Source: Alphaproteobacteria bacterium
GTDB taxonomy: Bacteria; Pseudomonadota; Alphaproteobacteria; Rhizobiales; BM303
DNA length: 64,000 nt
Direction of reading: 5' to 3'
Assembly (NCBI GenBank): GCA_024275895.1
Contig: JAJRYE010000013.1
Coordinates: 26,211-90,210, forward strand
Shown here: positions 40,024 through 49,579 of the stretch, one piece after another
Layout of the letters: each line of letters opens with the position of its first letter
Numbering within the stretch: position 1 is the stretch's first letter
Notes under the pieces: generated by a model
Seen by the model: only the letters and a program-made list of their open reading frames with translations
Told to the model about the DNA's origin: nothing
The model's database searches: none
Translations under genes and position numbers: made by a program

Positions 40024-40737
40024 ATGACCAGGAAGCTATTTACTGATGAGCCGTATTTGCAAGAATGCGAAGCCGAGGTTGTTGAAGTGAACGACCGCAA
40101 CGGGATCGTTCTCGACCGGACGGTTTTTTACGCCACCGGCGGCGGACAGCCCGGCGACAGCGGCGTGATGGTGCTGGCTTCGGGCGAGGAAATTGCCATT
40201 GCCACAACCGTTTACAACGCCGGCCGGAGCAAGATTGTTCACGTCCCGGCAACCCCCTCCCCCCTGCCCGCCCCCGGTGAAAAGGTGAGGCTCAAACTAG
40301 ACTGGGCGCGCCGCCATGCCCATATGCGCATTCATACCGGGCTGCATCTGCTCTGCGCGGTGCTGGATTATCCGGTGACCGGCGGCTCGATTGGCAAGGG
40401 CAAGGGGCGGCTTGATTTTGACATCCCGGAAGCCGGGCTCGACAAGGAAGAGATCGCAAGCAAACTCAATGCGCTGATTGCGGCCGATTTACCGGTCTCC
40501 TCGCGCTGGATCAGCGATGAGGAACTGGACGCCCGGCCCAAACTGGTTAAAACCATGTCGGTGCAACCGCCGCGCGGCGCGGGCCGTGTGCGGCTTATCT
40601 CCGTTGAAGGGTGCGACTTGCAACCCTGCGGCGGCACCCATGTGGCGCGCACCGGCGAGATTGGCAGACTGACCGTGCCAAAAATTGAGAAAAAAGGTGG
40701 CAAAAACCGCCGTGTCCGCATAGCTTTCGCCAAATAA
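40024..40737 (+). CDS. Alanyl-tRNA editing protein (AlaX-M type, tRNA_SAD)
   Basis: FYATGGGQPGDSG...RHAHMRIHTGLHLL...CGGTHV (Zn-binding HxxxH / CxxxH motifs). Starts 3 nt after the upstream stop. Confidence 0.85.
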   Translation: MTRKLFTDEPYLQECEAEVVEVNDRNGIVLDRTVFYATGGGQPGDSGVMVLASGEEIAIATTVYNAGRSKIVHVPATPSPLPAPGEKVRLKLDWARRHAHMRIHTGLHLLCAVLDYPVTGGSIGKGKGRLDFDIPEAGLDKEEIASKLNALIAADLPVSSRWISDEELDARPKLVKTMSVQPPRGAGRVRLISVEGCDLQPCGGTHVARTGEIGRLTVPKIEKKGGKNRRVRIAFAK

Positions 40738-40763
40738 TTTTAAAATAGAATCAGGAATTGAAG

Positions 40764-41627
40764 ATGAGCGAACAGGCTTTAAAGCATTTCGTTGAAACCG
40801 GTTGGCTGAAAAAGCATCTTGCCGATCCTGATCTGGTCATACTGGATTGCTCCTGGCATTTTCCCGATGCGGGCGATGCGTGGGCGGAGTACAAAGAAGA
40901 GCATATTCCCGGCGCATTGTTTTTTGATATCGATGTGGTCTCCGATACGAAGAGCAAACTGCCCCATATGATGCCGGGTGCGGAAAAATTCGCCCGGCTT
41001 GTCGGCGAAATGGGAATCGGCAATGACACCACGGTCGTGGTTTACGATACTTACGGCTTTTATTGCGCCGCAGCGCGGGTGTGGTGGATGTTCCACATCA
41101 TGGGAGCCAAAAACGTCAAGGTGCTGAATGGCGGCATGCCCAAATGGCTGGACGAAGACGGTCCGGTTGAAGAGGGCGAACCAAAGCCCGGCGTACCGCG
41201 TCTGTTTAATGCCAGACTGGACGAAGCGCGGATTTACGCCACGGAGCAGGTTGTTGACATCATGAACGACAAATCGGCGCAAATCCTGGATGCGCGCTCT
41301 CCGGCGCGTTTTATCGGCGAGTTGCCGGAACCGCGCGCCTGTCTGCGCTTTGGCCATATTCCCGGCAGCATCAATATATTCTTTAAGGATTTCCTTGAAT
41401 TTGACGGTTCGCTTAAGCCTCTTGATGAGGTGAAAAAACGGCTGCGCAACATCCCGCTTGATTTGACAAAACCGATTGTCACCACCTGCGGATCAGGCGT
41501 CACGGCGGCGGTTATGAATATTATTCTGGCCGAACTCGGGGTGGAAAAAACCGCCATGTATGATGGCTCATGGGCGGCGTGGGGCTGTGAGGACAATGAT
41601 TATCCTGTCGCCATGGGTCCGGCCTGA
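40764..41627 (+). CDS. sseA: 3-mercaptopyruvate sulfurtransferase (tandem rhodanese)
   Basis: ATG 40764 with AGGAA SD. Two rhodanese domains; active-site loop CGSGVTAA. HIPGA and GHIPGS motifs. Confidence 0.85.
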   Translation: MSEQALKHFVETGWLKKHLADPDLVILDCSWHFPDAGDAWAEYKEEHIPGALFFDIDVVSDTKSKLPHMMPGAEKFARLVGEMGIGNDTTVVVYDTYGFYCAAARVWWMFHIMGAKNVKVLNGGMPKWLDEDGPVEEGEPKPGVPRLFNARLDEARIYATEQVVDIMNDKSAQILDARSPARFIGELPEPRACLRFGHIPGSINIFFKDFLEFDGSLKPLDEVKKRLRNIPLDLTKPIVTTCGSGVTAAVMNIILAELGVEKTAMYDGSWAAWGCEDNDYPVAMGPA

Positions 41628-41628
41628 G

Positions 41629-42141
41629 ATGCAAAAGACAACCACCATCACGACCTGGCTGGAAATGCATGAAAACCCGCATGTGCATGTGCCGCGCCCG
41701 GTGGGGCATTATGCGCTCATGGCGGTGAAATCGCCGCCGCTGCATTATTACCGCTATTTATATGGAACAGTGGGGCGCGATTATATCTGGGTGGACCGCC
41801 TGCGCCTGAGCGATGAAGGCTTGGCGGCGATCATTCATGATGAGGCGGTCGAGATATATGTCATGTATGCGGACGGCGCGCCGGCGGGCTATATCGAGCT
41901 TGATTTTCGCCCGGCGCGGGAAGCGGAACTGGCCTATTTCGGCCTGATGCCGGAATTTACCGGCCGCGGGCTGGGCAAATTCATGCTGGCGCAGGCCATC
42001 GAGCTGGCATGGGAAAGGCCGATAAAACGGCTGTTTGTCCATACCTGCACCCTAGATCATCCCGCCGCCCTCACCCTTTATCAGAAATGCGGCTTTATAC
42101 CCTATGCGCAGGAAGAAACAGAGGTTGAACTTCCGGTATAG
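41629..42141 (+). CDS. GNAT-family N-acetyltransferase
   Basis: ATG 41629 begins two nt after the sseA stop codon (41625-41627). ...YFGLMPEFTGRGLGKFMLAQAIE...HTCTLDHPAALTLYQKCGF. Confidence 0.75.
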   Translation: MQKTTTITTWLEMHENPHVHVPRPVGHYALMAVKSPPLHYYRYLYGTVGRDYIWVDRLRLSDEGLAAIIHDEAVEIYVMYADGAPAGYIELDFRPAREAELAYFGLMPEFTGRGLGKFMLAQAIELAWERPIKRLFVHTCTLDHPAALTLYQKCGFIPYAQEETEVELPV

Positions 42142-42202
42142 AGGGCCATAATGACCGTGTGTGTTTTTTAGGGTTTTCTCTTTACCGTCAGAGGAGAGCA
42201 CC

Positions 42203-43744
42203 ATGAAACAGATATTCGGCCTTGTGCTGTTCAGCCTCTTTCTCCAGACCTTTGCCGTAACCTCTCCGGTTCTGTCGGATGCCGCCGGGGATGCCGAAAA
42301 AGCCCTGAGCGGTGTTGAGGCTGATTTTCATACTTTTGTTGGCAGTGTCGATCAGACAACCAAAGAACTCGACATTGTTATCATCAAACTTTCCACATCG
42401 GAAAAGGTTGCAATGAATGTATTGAGCCTTCTCGACAAGGGCGATCCAAGATGGGCAAAGCTTCAAAAGGCGTTGCAAAAAATCCGCCGGATCAGGGAAG
42501 CGGCTAAAAAATACAATGGCGGCCTGAAGCTGTTCAGCAAGAGCGCCGGGCATGTTGGTTCAGCCTTTGATCTTTATGACAAGGTGATCGATATCCGCGA
42601 CCGGGCGGCAGGACGCAGGGGCGGCCCGCTGGCGGGGCAGCTTTCGGTCCTTGCCGATGTCATGGCGGAATATGGCGGCAAAATTCCGCTTCTGGGAGAG
42701 GCTCTGTCAGATCTAGGTACAATTACCGGCGGCATGCTGAACGCCACGGATAAACTGGCGGTGAAAATGGCCGAAATTCATAAACAGGGCATTATCGGCG
42801 TCGGGACGGGGCAAAATCTTGATGACCCTCGCTATATCAAGCTGGTGCAACAGGTCCCCGGCGGCAATACCCTGACCCTGGTTCCGGCAACGTCAAATTT
42901 TGTGTTCGAGAATCTGCAAACGAGTGACAAACGTGATTTTATCTGGGATGCCGCGCGGCAAAAATGGTATGTGGTGAAGGGCAATTTAAGGGCTCCGGCC
43001 ATCTTTGCCGAGGGGCTGCTCGCGGGCAAACGCTTTGCGCCTTCGCAGCTTGAACACCTGACCAGAAACAGCGCCTCCATTATCCGCCGCAAGGCAAACG
43101 CCCGCCATTTTCTTGGGCTTATGAACGCGCAACATGCCGGGCTGAATTATGGTCGTACGATTTCCGACATAGATGATAAATATGGCCGAAATGTTTATTA
43201 TAACGGCAAAAATCCGGCCTATTTTCTTGCGCGCTATGCCTTTGACGGCAAGTATCAGAACGAAGTGCATATATATGCCGCTGTCATGTGGGCGCATGCC
43301 CTGACGAGCCGGAATGGCGGCGAACTGGTCCGGAAGCTGGAAAAGCTGGCGCAAGATACCGGGGTGGATTTGTACGCCGTGCTGCCAGAGGAAGAAAAAG
43401 TGGCCCTGCTTGAGCGACAAAAACGGCTGAAAGCCAAAATCGCCCGCAAGCCTCCCGGAATTTCACACCACCGCATCAGAACATCACGCCCGGTCCGGCA
43501 GCATACGGAAACGGCGGGCCGCCGCATAAATCGCTCTTGCGAGATTTGGGCAACCCGAAAGAAGTGTCTTATGCGCAAACGGGTTTGCGTGAAATCGAAG
43601 ACTGTTAAAAAATGCAATCGTTATGACGGCACAAATTTTTACACGCGTAAATGCATCAGCTGGGATTCCTACCCTCTTTGCGTTGAGAAGAAAAACAAAT
43701 GCGTTGAATACAAGAGCTATCGTTATTGTAAAAAACGGCGTTGA
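42203..43744 (+). CDS. Hypothetical secreted protein with Cys/Lys/Arg-rich C-terminal module
   Basis: GAGGAG SD 6 nt before ATG 42203. Signal-like MKQIFGLVLFSLFLQTFAVTSPVLSDA. Last ~75 aa contain 8 Cys in a K/R-rich context. No family recognised. Confidence 0.6.
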   Translation: MKQIFGLVLFSLFLQTFAVTSPVLSDAAGDAEKALSGVEADFHTFVGSVDQTTKELDIVIIKLSTSEKVAMNVLSLLDKGDPRWAKLQKALQKIRRIREAAKKYNGGLKLFSKSAGHVGSAFDLYDKVIDIRDRAAGRRGGPLAGQLSVLADVMAEYGGKIPLLGEALSDLGTITGGMLNATDKLAVKMAEIHKQGIIGVGTGQNLDDPRYIKLVQQVPGGNTLTLVPATSNFVFENLQTSDKRDFIWDAARQKWYVVKGNLRAPAIFAEGLLAGKRFAPSQLEHLTRNSASIIRRKANARHFLGLMNAQHAGLNYGRTISDIDDKYGRNVYYNGKNPAYFLARYAFDGKYQNEVHIYAAVMWAHALTSRNGGELVRKLEKLAQDTGVDLYAVLPEEEKVALLERQKRLKAKIARKPPGISHHRIRTSRPVRQHTETAGRRINRSCEIWATRKKCLMRKRVCVKSKTVKKCNRYDGTNFYTRKCISWDSYPLCVEKKNKCVEYKSYRYCKKRR

Positions 43745-43817
43745 GGTGTTGTCTGTTTCGCCTTTTTGAGGTCACGTTTTGCCGTTAGTCCCCGTCCTGT
43801 TTTTTCAGGAGACTCTC

Positions 43818-44483
43818 ATGAGATATTTGCTTGTTCCCGCGCTGGCCACCTGTCTTTCTTTTGCTTTTCTGGCCATGCCCCCGGCACAGGCGTACTCTTC
43901 CAAAGCCAGGGCGATGGCCCGAACCCTTTCGGTCGCGCCGCCGCCGGCGCTGCGGGCAAAGAGATTTTCGCTTCACACCATCAAGCGGCGGCATGATTTG
44001 CGGCGGTTTTTACGCGGGGTGGATATCGACAGCATCAATTTTCGCTTCAATTCGGCCGTTGTGGACCCGTCCGAGGCGTGGAAACTGGCCGATCTGGCCG
44101 ATGCCTTCCACCTTCTGCTGCGGCGCAATCCATATGAAATGTTCCTGATCGAGGGGCATACCGATGCGGTGGGCTCAGCCGCCTATAACCGTCGGCTGTC
44201 CGAGCGCCGGGCCTGGAATGTGGTGCGGGTGCTGGCGCGCCGCTACGGTGTGCCTTACCGCGCCATGACGGCGCAAGGCTATGGCGAGCGTTACCTGAAA
44301 ATTCCTGTCCCCTATGAAGAACGCCGCAACCGCCGGGTGACGGCAAGGCGGCTGACGGACATCCTTTACCGAACCCGCCGCCTTCCCCCCCTCAAGGGTC
44401 TATTTCCGCGGCGAGCGGCGGTTGTGAGTTCAGTCCGGTTTATTCCGCCAGCACGTCTTTTACCGTCTCGGCCAGTTTTTTGA
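43818..44483 (+). CDS. OmpA-family periplasmic protein
   Basis: ATG 43818 gives MRYLLVPALATCLSFAFLAMPPAQA. OmpA_C pattern INFRFNSAVV...FLIEGHTDAVGSAAYNRRLSERRA..V...L...GYGE. The 3' end overlaps convergent cckA by 44 nt. Confidence 0.8.
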   Translation: MRYLLVPALATCLSFAFLAMPPAQAYSSKARAMARTLSVAPPPALRAKRFSLHTIKRRHDLRRFLRGVDIDSINFRFNSAVVDPSEAWKLADLADAFHLLLRRNPYEMFLIEGHTDAVGSAAYNRRLSERRAWNVVRVLARRYGVPYRAMTAQGYGERYLKIPVPYEERRNRRVTARRLTDILYRTRRLPPLKGLFPRRAAVVSSVRFIPPARLLPSRPVF

Positions 44484-46980
44484 GGTTGAAGGGTTTGGGC
44501 AGGAAGGTGAAGGTTTCCTTTTCGTCGAGGTTTTTATCAAACGCGTCTTCGGCATAACCGGAGATGAAAATGACCTTGAATCCGCTGAGGCGTTTACGCA
44601 GCTCACGCAGCAGGGTCGGGCCGTCCATTTCCGGCATCATGACATCGGAAATCACGAGATCGATATCTATATTTCCCTCGCCGACAAGCTCCAGCGCGCT
44701 TTCGCCGTTTATGGCTTCGAGCACGGTATAACCGCGCGCCGACAGGGCCCGGGAGGCAAAGGCGCGCACGGGATCCTCGTCCTCGACCAGAAGAATGGTC
44801 TCGGTGCCGGTCAAATCCTTGTGGGTGGCCTTTTCCTCAACCGCTTTGGGCGCCGCCTCCTGCGCATCCCTGAAATGGCGCGGCAGGAAGATGCGGAACG
44901 TCGTTCCGGCCCCCTCCTCGCTCTCAGGGAAGATAAAGCCGCCGGTCTGCTTGATAATGCCATAAACGGTGGCCAGCCCCAAGCCCGTGCCCTCACCCAC
45001 ATCCTTGGTGGTGTAGAAGGGCTCGAAGATCTTGGCCATGACCTCTTTGCTCATGCCCGATCCGGTATCAATCACCTCGACGCAGACATAATCATCCCCT
45101 GGCATGGGTTTTAAATCAAGCTCGCGGGCCTCTTCCCTTGAAATATTGCGGGTTTTCAGGGTGAGGACGCCGCCATCGGGGTGCATGGCGTCGCGGGCGT
45201 TCACGGCCAGATTGACGATCACCTGCTCAAACTGGTGCAGATCAATCTTCACCAGCCCCAGATCGCGGCCATGGACGAGTTTAAGCTCGACCTTGTCGCC
45301 GAGCAGACGCCCCAGCATCATGGTCAGATCGGTGATGACATCGGTAAGCTGGATGACTTCGGGCCGCAGGGTCTGACGCCGTGAAAAGGCGAGCAACTGG
45401 CGCACGAGAGCGGCGGCGCGATTGGCGTTTTGCTTGATATTGATAATGTCCTTGAAGGAAGGATCGGTCGGTTTGTGGTTGACCAGAAGCAGATCGGAAA
45501 AGCCGATAATCACGGTCAGGACATTGTTGAAATCATGCGCAACACCGCCGGCAAGCTGGCCGATGGCCTGCATTTTCTGGCTCTGGGTAAACTGCATCTC
45601 AAGCATGCGCTGCTCGGTGGTATCAATGGCAAAAACGATCAATCCGCTATCGCCGCTGCCATGTTCGGCCGATTGGGAGATGATCATCTTGGCAGTGGAG
45701 CCGTTTTCACCGCCGATACTGACATCCACGGGCGCAAGACCGCTTATGCCGCTACGGGCCTGATTAAGGATTTCGCGCAGGCGTTTGCGGCTTTCGGGTG
45801 CCACCAGATCGGTCAGGGGGCGGTTGGAGATGGTCTGCCCCTCGAAAATGCGGGCAAAGGCGCCATTGGCCATGTCAACGCGCCCGGCGCCGTCAAGGGT
45901 GGTGATGCCGATGGGGGCCGAGTTGAAAAAGCGCGAGAAGCGCGCCTCGGCCGCCTGCTGGATTTCCTCACTGCCAATACCGGCGCGCCGGTCAAGCACC
46001 AGCGAGCGCGAGGGCAGCGCCTTGCCATATTCATCAAAGACAACCTTGTGCAGCACCCGCACCGGACGGTAAGAGCCATCGGCGCGGATGAAATCGATAT
46101 CAAAACTGGTGGATGACATGCCGCCGCCATCGGGTTTGGAGCCGGTGAGAAGATGCACGCCGTCACCGGCGACGATGTCCTCCAGCCTGAGGCTTCCCCC
46201 CGTGGTGCGGGCCAGATCAATGCCGAGCCATTCGGCCAGGGTGGCGTTGAGATATTGCAAGCGTCCCTCGCCATCGGCCGAGAAAAACCCCGAGGGAGCA
46301 TGATCAAGGTAATCGATGATGGTCTGCAATTCCCGGAAAACATTTTCCTGGCGTTCACTTTCGGCGGTGACATCATGCAGATGCCAGACGCGGCAGGACT
46401 TGTTCTTCGCCATGGCCATGTTACGGACCGAAATGCGCAGCCAGGCCGGTTCCGCCTCGCCTTCGCCCTTGCGGAGCAGGCGCACGTCTTCTTGCCAGGC
46501 GAGGCCGTCGCGCGCGGCGCGGCTGATGCGGTAAATGGCATCGGAAATTTCCGGATGAGACGCAAAGGCGCGTTCAACAGGGCGGATTTCATCAGGGGTG
46601 CCTGCCCCGGTAATGGCGGCATAGGCCGCGTTCGAGTATAAAATCCGGTTGTTCCGGTCTGTTATCAGCAAGCCGCCCGGCGCGGTATCGGCGACAATTT
46701 TGAGCAGATTGTCGCGCCGCGCGCTCATGCCCAGATGCAAAACTCCGGCTGCGCCGCCAAACAGCGCCAGCAGACCGATAACCGCAAGCAATGCCAAAAT
46801 GCCCAGTACGACAGGCTCGGCCTGATCACGCGCCGCCACCGCAAGGCCAACCGCCGTCAGCGCCAGAACCAGAGCCAGAAGCAAAATGGGCCAGATTCGC
46901 CCGCGCGGCGCCCCTTGCCCGTTTGCGCCCTGTCCGGTTTTCTTCCCTGCCTTGGCGCTTGCAATATTCGTGTCGCTCAT
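44440..46980 (-). CDS. cckA: Hybrid sensor histidine kinase / response regulator, CckA-like
   Basis: Two N-terminal TMs, PAS repeats, H-box MQAIGQLAGGVAHDFNNVLTVIIGFSDLLL (very CckA-like by recollection), HATPase (DTGSGM...GTGLGL), C-terminal REC (ILLVEDEDPVR...DLVISDVMMPEMDG). Confidence 0.75.
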   Translation of the reverse strand: MSDTNIASAKAGKKTGQGANGQGAPRGRIWPILLLALVLALTAVGLAVAARDQAEPVVLGILALLAVIGLLALFGGAAGVLHLGMSARRDNLLKIVADTAPGGLLITDRNNRILYSNAAYAAITGAGTPDEIRPVERAFASHPEISDAIYRISRAARDGLAWQEDVRLLRKGEGEAEPAWLRISVRNMAMAKNKSCRVWHLHDVTAESERQENVFRELQTIIDYLDHAPSGFFSADGEGRLQYLNATLAEWLGIDLARTTGGSLRLEDIVAGDGVHLLTGSKPDGGGMSSTSFDIDFIRADGSYRPVRVLHKVVFDEYGKALPSRSLVLDRRAGIGSEEIQQAAEARFSRFFNSAPIGITTLDGAGRVDMANGAFARIFEGQTISNRPLTDLVAPESRKRLREILNQARSGISGLAPVDVSIGGENGSTAKMIISQSAEHGSGDSGLIVFAIDTTEQRMLEMQFTQSQKMQAIGQLAGGVAHDFNNVLTVIIGFSDLLLVNHKPTDPSFKDIINIKQNANRAAALVRQLLAFSRRQTLRPEVIQLTDVITDLTMMLGRLLGDKVELKLVHGRDLGLVKIDLHQFEQVIVNLAVNARDAMHPDGGVLTLKTRNISREEARELDLKPMPGDDYVCVEVIDTGSGMSKEVMAKIFEPFYTTKDVGEGTGLGLATVYGIIKQTGGFIFPESEEGAGTTFRIFLPRHFRDAQEAAPKAVEEKATHKDLTGTETILLVEDEDPVRAFASRALSARGYTVLEAINGESALELVGEGNIDIDLVISDVMMPEMDGPTLLRELRKRLSGFKVIFISGYAEDAFDKNLDEKETFTFLPKPFNLKKLAETVKDVLAE

Positions 46981-47110
46981 ATTTTGGCTCTTTTGCTTTT
47001 ATGGTAAATCAACCCGGTAACCTGAACTCAACGCATTGCCTGGTTATTGAAGATGCAAACCCGTCCGCTTGTCCCAACCGGACAAACCGCCAGACGAATC
47101 ATTTGCAGTA

Positions 47111-48187
47111 TTATTGCCTCCGTCCCAGTTTATTCTCAAGACGCATTACGTAACTAATGACCTGCGCGACGGCTTTATAATGCTCTTCGGGGACCTCTTC
47201 ATCGACTTCCACGCTGGCATGAAGAGCGCGCGCCAGGGGTTTGTTCTCGACGATGGGGATATGGTGTTCTTTGGCCAGTTCCCTGATATTGAGGGCGATA
47301 TCATCCGCGCCCTTGGCAAGACAGAGCGGCGCCGGCATGCCCGGCTCGTATTTCAGCGCCACGGCGTAATGGGTCGGGTTGGTGATCACCACGGTGGCCT
47401 GGGGGACCTGAGCCATCATGCGTTTGCGGCCGCGCTCCATGCGTATCTGCTTCAGCTTGGCCTTGATCGCCGGGTCGCCCTCCATCTGTTTGTGCTCATC
47501 GCGCAACTCCTTCATGGTCATGCGCTGTTTCTTGAGCCAGGTGAAACGCTGGAACATGATATCAAGCCCGGCGATAATGGTCATGACCGCCAAAGCACCC
47601 AAAAGCAGCTTGATGGCATAGATGCGCACAAAGGGCAGCAACATGGAAGGGTCAAAGCTGATAATATCGGCAAAGCGGGCGCGGTCCGGCCAGACGGCCA
47701 TGAACATGATGATGGAGACGACAATCAGCTTGATAATGCCCTTGGCGAAATTGACCAGAGAGGTGGGGGAAAACAGCCGTTTGGTGCCCGCAAGCAATGA
47801 GATTTTCTCAAATTTCGGCTTCATCCGCTCGGCGGTGAAGAGAGGTTTGTGCTGAACGAGATTGCCCGCAAGCGCCGCCAGCAACAAAACGCCCATGGGA
47901 ATCAGCAAAATAACCGCAACCTTGCTGCCCAGTACGGAAAACAGGGCGATGAGCGCCGGGCCGTCCATGGAATATTCATGGATATTGCCCATGAAAACTC
48001 TCAAAACCTGGGTGAGAGAGGAGACCATCGCACCGGAAAAAAGCAACACAATCATAGTCATTGCCAGCAGGGCGAACCACATGGTGACTTCCTGCGATTT
48101 GGCGACATCACCCTTTTTATGGGCTTCTTCGAGCTTGCGCTGGGTTGGTTCCTCAGTTTTTTCTGTTTCGTCCGGTTTTTCAGACAT
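47111..48187 (-). CDS. flhB: Flagellar type III export protein FlhB
   Basis: EKTEEPTQRKLEEAHKKGDVAKSQE..., four TMs, autocleavage site VVITNPTHYAVALKY. Confidence 0.92.
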   Translation of the reverse strand: MSEKPDETEKTEEPTQRKLEEAHKKGDVAKSQEVTMWFALLAMTMIVLLFSGAMVSSLTQVLRVFMGNIHEYSMDGPALIALFSVLGSKVAVILLIPMGVLLLAALAGNLVQHKPLFTAERMKPKFEKISLLAGTKRLFSPTSLVNFAKGIIKLIVVSIIMFMAVWPDRARFADIISFDPSMLLPFVRIYAIKLLLGALAVMTIIAGLDIMFQRFTWLKKQRMTMKELRDEHKQMEGDPAIKAKLKQIRMERGRKRMMAQVPQATVVITNPTHYAVALKYEPGMPAPLCLAKGADDIALNIRELAKEHHIPIVENKPLARALHASVEVDEEVPEEHYKAVAQVISYVMRLENKLGRRQ

Positions 48188-48199
48188 GCCCTTCCCCGA

Positions 48200-48958
48200 T
48201 CACAGCAGAAAAACCGCAAAGGCGGCCTTGAGGTAGCCAAGAAACCACATCATCAGCGCAGACAGGAGCAGCAGCATCAAGGTCAGCCCGAGGAAAATAT
48301 TGGCCGGCATGGCGACAAAGAAAATCTGCACCTGCGGCATGAGGCGCGACAAGATGCCGATGCCGAGATAAAAAATCAGCCCGAAAACCAGAAAAGGCGC
48401 CGTGATCTGAACGCCGACTTTAAATGAACCGGCGACCGTATTGAGCGCCAGTTGGGAAAAATCGCCAAGGGCGGGCAGATTGCCCGGTTTGAAAAGGGTG
48501 TAGCTGTCCTTGATCGCAACCAGAAACATATGGTGCATGTCGGTGACCATGATCAGGGTGATGGCAATCACCGAGAGGAATGATCCGAGAATGGCGCTCT
48601 GCACGCCCTGGGTCGGATCGAAGCTCTGGGCGTAGGACAACCCCATCTGGAAGGACATTGCGGTTCCGGCTATCTGAAGCGCGCTCATCATCAGGCGGGC
48701 GATGCCGCCGATCAGCAGGCCGATAATGACCTCACCGCCCAGCAGCGGGAAAAGGCCGCCAAGCCCTGCCGGAGACGGGCCGTAATAGCCCTCGGCGAGC
48801 GGAAACATGACGAAGCTGAAGACCAGGCCGATCATCAGGCGGATGCGCGGCGGAACATTGGCGTCGCCAAAACCGGGGAGCAGCATGATGATCGTGCCGA
48901 TGCGGGCAAAAAGCATGATGAAGAGAAAGGCCGCCTGGGGCAGATAGCTGATGGTCAT
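48200..48958 (-). CDS. fliR: Flagellar export protein FliR
   Basis: 252-aa polytopic protein: ...FIMLFARIGTIIMLLPGFG... plus position between fliQ and flhB. Confidence 0.9.
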   Translation of the reverse strand: MTISYLPQAAFLFIMLFARIGTIIMLLPGFGDANVPPRIRLMIGLVFSFVMFPLAEGYYGPSPAGLGGLFPLLGGEVIIGLLIGGIARLMMSALQIAGTAMSFQMGLSYAQSFDPTQGVQSAILGSFLSVIAITLIMVTDMHHMFLVAIKDSYTLFKPGNLPALGDFSQLALNTVAGSFKVGVQITAPFLVFGLIFYLGIGILSRLMPQVQIFFVAMPANIFLGLTLMLLLLSALMMWFLGYLKAAFAVFLL

Positions 48959-48960
48959 CC

Positions 48961-49227
48961 TCAGCCCCCGGCGATATGAACGACAATGCGACCCATCAAA
49001 CCGGCAAGGGTCGCGGCAATGAACGGCAGGGTCAGGATGAGGGTTAAAAAGATCGCCAGGATCTTGGGGACGAAGACGATGGTCATTTCCTGAATCTGGG
49101 TCAGGGCCTGAAAAAGCGCGATCAAAAGGCCGACGACAAGCGCCACAATCATAAGCGGCGCCGATATTTTCAGCAATGTATAGATGCCGTCATTGGCGAC
49201 ATCGAGAACCTCCGCACCTGTCATCAA
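48961..49227 (-). CDS. fliQ: Flagellar export protein FliQ
   Basis: 88 aa: ...LLKISAPLMIVALVVGLLIALFQALTQIQEMTIVFVPKI... Confidence 0.9.
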   Translation of the reverse strand: MMTGAEVLDVANDGIYTLLKISAPLMIVALVVGLLIALFQALTQIQEMTIVFVPKILAIFLTLILTLPFIAATLAGLMGRIVVHIAGG

Positions 49228-49241
49228 TCACCCCCTGCCAA

Positions 49242-49556
49242 TCAGACCGGCATCTTCATAATGTCCTGATAGGCATTGATCATCCGGTCGCGGACGCTAA
49301 CCAGGGTTTTCATGGCGATCTCGGCTTCGGCCACGGCGCTGACAACATCGACCACATCGCTCTTGCCGGCAACCTGTGAAACGATAGCCGTTTCAGCCTT
49401 GCTTCCCGCGGTTGCCGTTGCATTCAGGCTTTCTTGCAAAACGGCGCTAAAGTCACTCTGGCCGGCGCCGGCCGGTTTTGTTTCCCCGGCCGCCCTAGTC
49501 ATCTGGCCCATGGCGGCGGCATAGGCCTTGGCGGCCAGTGTCGGACTAATGGTCAT
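49242..49556 (-). CDS. fliE: Flagellar hook-basal body complex protein FliE
   Basis: 104 aa with C-terminal ...AVAEAEIAMKTLVSVRDRMINAYQDIMKMPV (FliE signature). Confidence 0.85.
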   Translation of the reverse strand: MTISPTLAAKAYAAAMGQMTRAAGETKPAGAGQSDFSAVLQESLNATATAGSKAETAIVSQVAGKSDVVDVVSAVAEAEIAMKTLVSVRDRMINAYQDIMKMPV

Positions 49557-49579
49557 GATTTTTTGCCTTTATGCTTTTG

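Noticed and set aside
45430-46622. Several 200-270-aa ORFs on both strands inside cckA
   Set aside because: Alternative or antisense frames of a well-supported PAS-HK-REC protein; no independent signals.
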